From Vicugna vicugna (taxonomy: Eukaryota), in assembly GCA_013265495.1 (NCBI GenBank), contig MU058584.1, forward strand, positions 3,786,508 to 3,850,507: DNA of 64,000 nt. Reading direction: 5' to 3'. Position numbers and translations under genes: made by a program. The notes under the pieces are model-generated. The model was not told the origin of the DNA. It did no database searches and saw only the letters and a list, made by a program, of their open reading frames with translations. Below are positions 63,137 to 64,000 of the stretch, in pieces (the stretch's first letter is position 1; the number at the start of each line of letters is the position of its first letter).

Positions 63137-63179
63137 CTGCCCAGAGCATCCACAGCACAGACTGCATCTTCCTCTCCAT
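63137..63179 (-). CDS. GPA33: GPA33 exon 1 coding part, signal peptide MERKMQSVLWMLWA(V)
   Basis: Strong Kozak gcaagaccATGG, 43 bp, donor GCAG|gtgagt. Resembles human MVGKMWPVLWTLCAV. Confidence 0.93.
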
Positions 63180-63479
63180 GGTCTTGCTTCCTCTCTGCCC
63201 CTAGTCCAGCCTGGCACGGGTGGGCCCCAGAATTTAACCAGCCTGAGCTGACTCGCTAAAGCTCCAACAGCCTCTGCCCGGCCCAGCCTTTGGTCCCTGT
63301 GGCTTCTCTCTTCCTGTCCACCTCTGCCCAGCCTGGCCCCCACACCCCACCCCTCAGCTGGACTGACAGGTGAGCTCACCTGTGGGACTGGACTCCTGCT
63401 CCACCTACGCCACCAAAGGCCCCAACAGGAACCTTTTCCACCTTCTCAGTTACCTCCCCTGCATTCTCTCCGCTTAGCA

Positions 63480-63620
63480 GGTGTACAAAGTCCTGGGCTT
63501 CTCGCTATAATGTGGGCTTCTCCTATAAGGAGCAGGAAGTTGCCGCCTCATAATACAAAGGGAAATAATCTCAGAGGAAGGGTTTCAAAGCCAATAAAAA
63601 AAAGGGTGTTGCCCACAATT
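63480..63620 (-). promoter_or_regulatory. GPA33: GPA33 core/proximal promoter with intestinal factor-like motifs
   Basis: CDX-like GCCAATAAAA 63590-63599, KLF-like GGGTGT 63604-63609 and HNF4-like TACAAAGTCC 63484-63493. An imperfect repeat gggcttctc(g)ctataa occurs at 63495-63510 and 63514-63528. The 5'UTR resembles recalled human cDNA (aggactttgtacacctg). Confidence 0.6.
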
Positions 63621-63644
63621 GCTGAAATACTTCAAGGCATATAA

Positions 63645-63779
63645 TATTTTTGTAACTTCTTTTTTGAGGGAAAAGTAATTAAGTTTATTTTTATTTATTA
63701 ACGGAGGCACTGAGGATTGAACCCAGGACCTTGTGCGTGCTAAGAACACACTCTACCACTGAGCCATACCCTCCCCATC
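63645..63779 (-). mobile_element. Camelid-type tRNA-derived SINE in the GPA33 proximal promoter
   Basis: Reverse complement ggggagggtatggctcagtggtagag...gtcctgggttcaatcctcagtgcctcc. Perfect TSD tcaaggcatataa at 63632-63644 and 63780-63792. Confidence 0.9.
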
Positions 63780-64000
63780 TCAAGGCATATAACATGATCC
63801 GTTCCTCTGCTTCCCTTCCTTGCTTGCTTTCCCCACCCAACTCAAGCTCAAGACATAGTCAAGAAGAAAACCGGAGGTGTCTGCCCGCAGGGAGTTGATA
63901 CTCGGGTCGGGGAGAATGCTAGTACACAAATAAACAAGACAGTATTAGAAATACCATGACCAACTTGTCTCAGTTTGCTTGAAACTATCCCAGTTTTAAT

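Overview
Mammalian genomic DNA, most likely a camelid, judged from the tRNA-derived SINE and L1 3'-end families. Two genes converge. On the + strand is the 3' part of MAEL (maelstrom): 8 coding exons equivalent to human exons 5-12, 783..14266, in frame, then the 3'UTR. On the - strand is the complete GPA33 (A33 antigen): 7 coding exons, ATG 63179 to TGA 31965, 969 nt or 322 aa, plus its promoter. About 16 kb of mostly old transposon sequence separates them, and intron 1 of GPA33 has a 247-N assembly gap. I found no evidence for a wholly new gene or system. The most notable points concern GPA33: a CpG/GC-saturated transmembrane exon with GC-directed amino-acid changes, a duplicated EDDYRH motif in the tail, an intronic CpG island with a consensus ISRE and MEF2 site, and a SINE, an ERV LTR and an L1 inserted around the TSS. 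Human orthologue comparisons and repeat family names come from memory, not from a search. Repeat boundaries are approximate unless target-site duplications (TSDs) are given.
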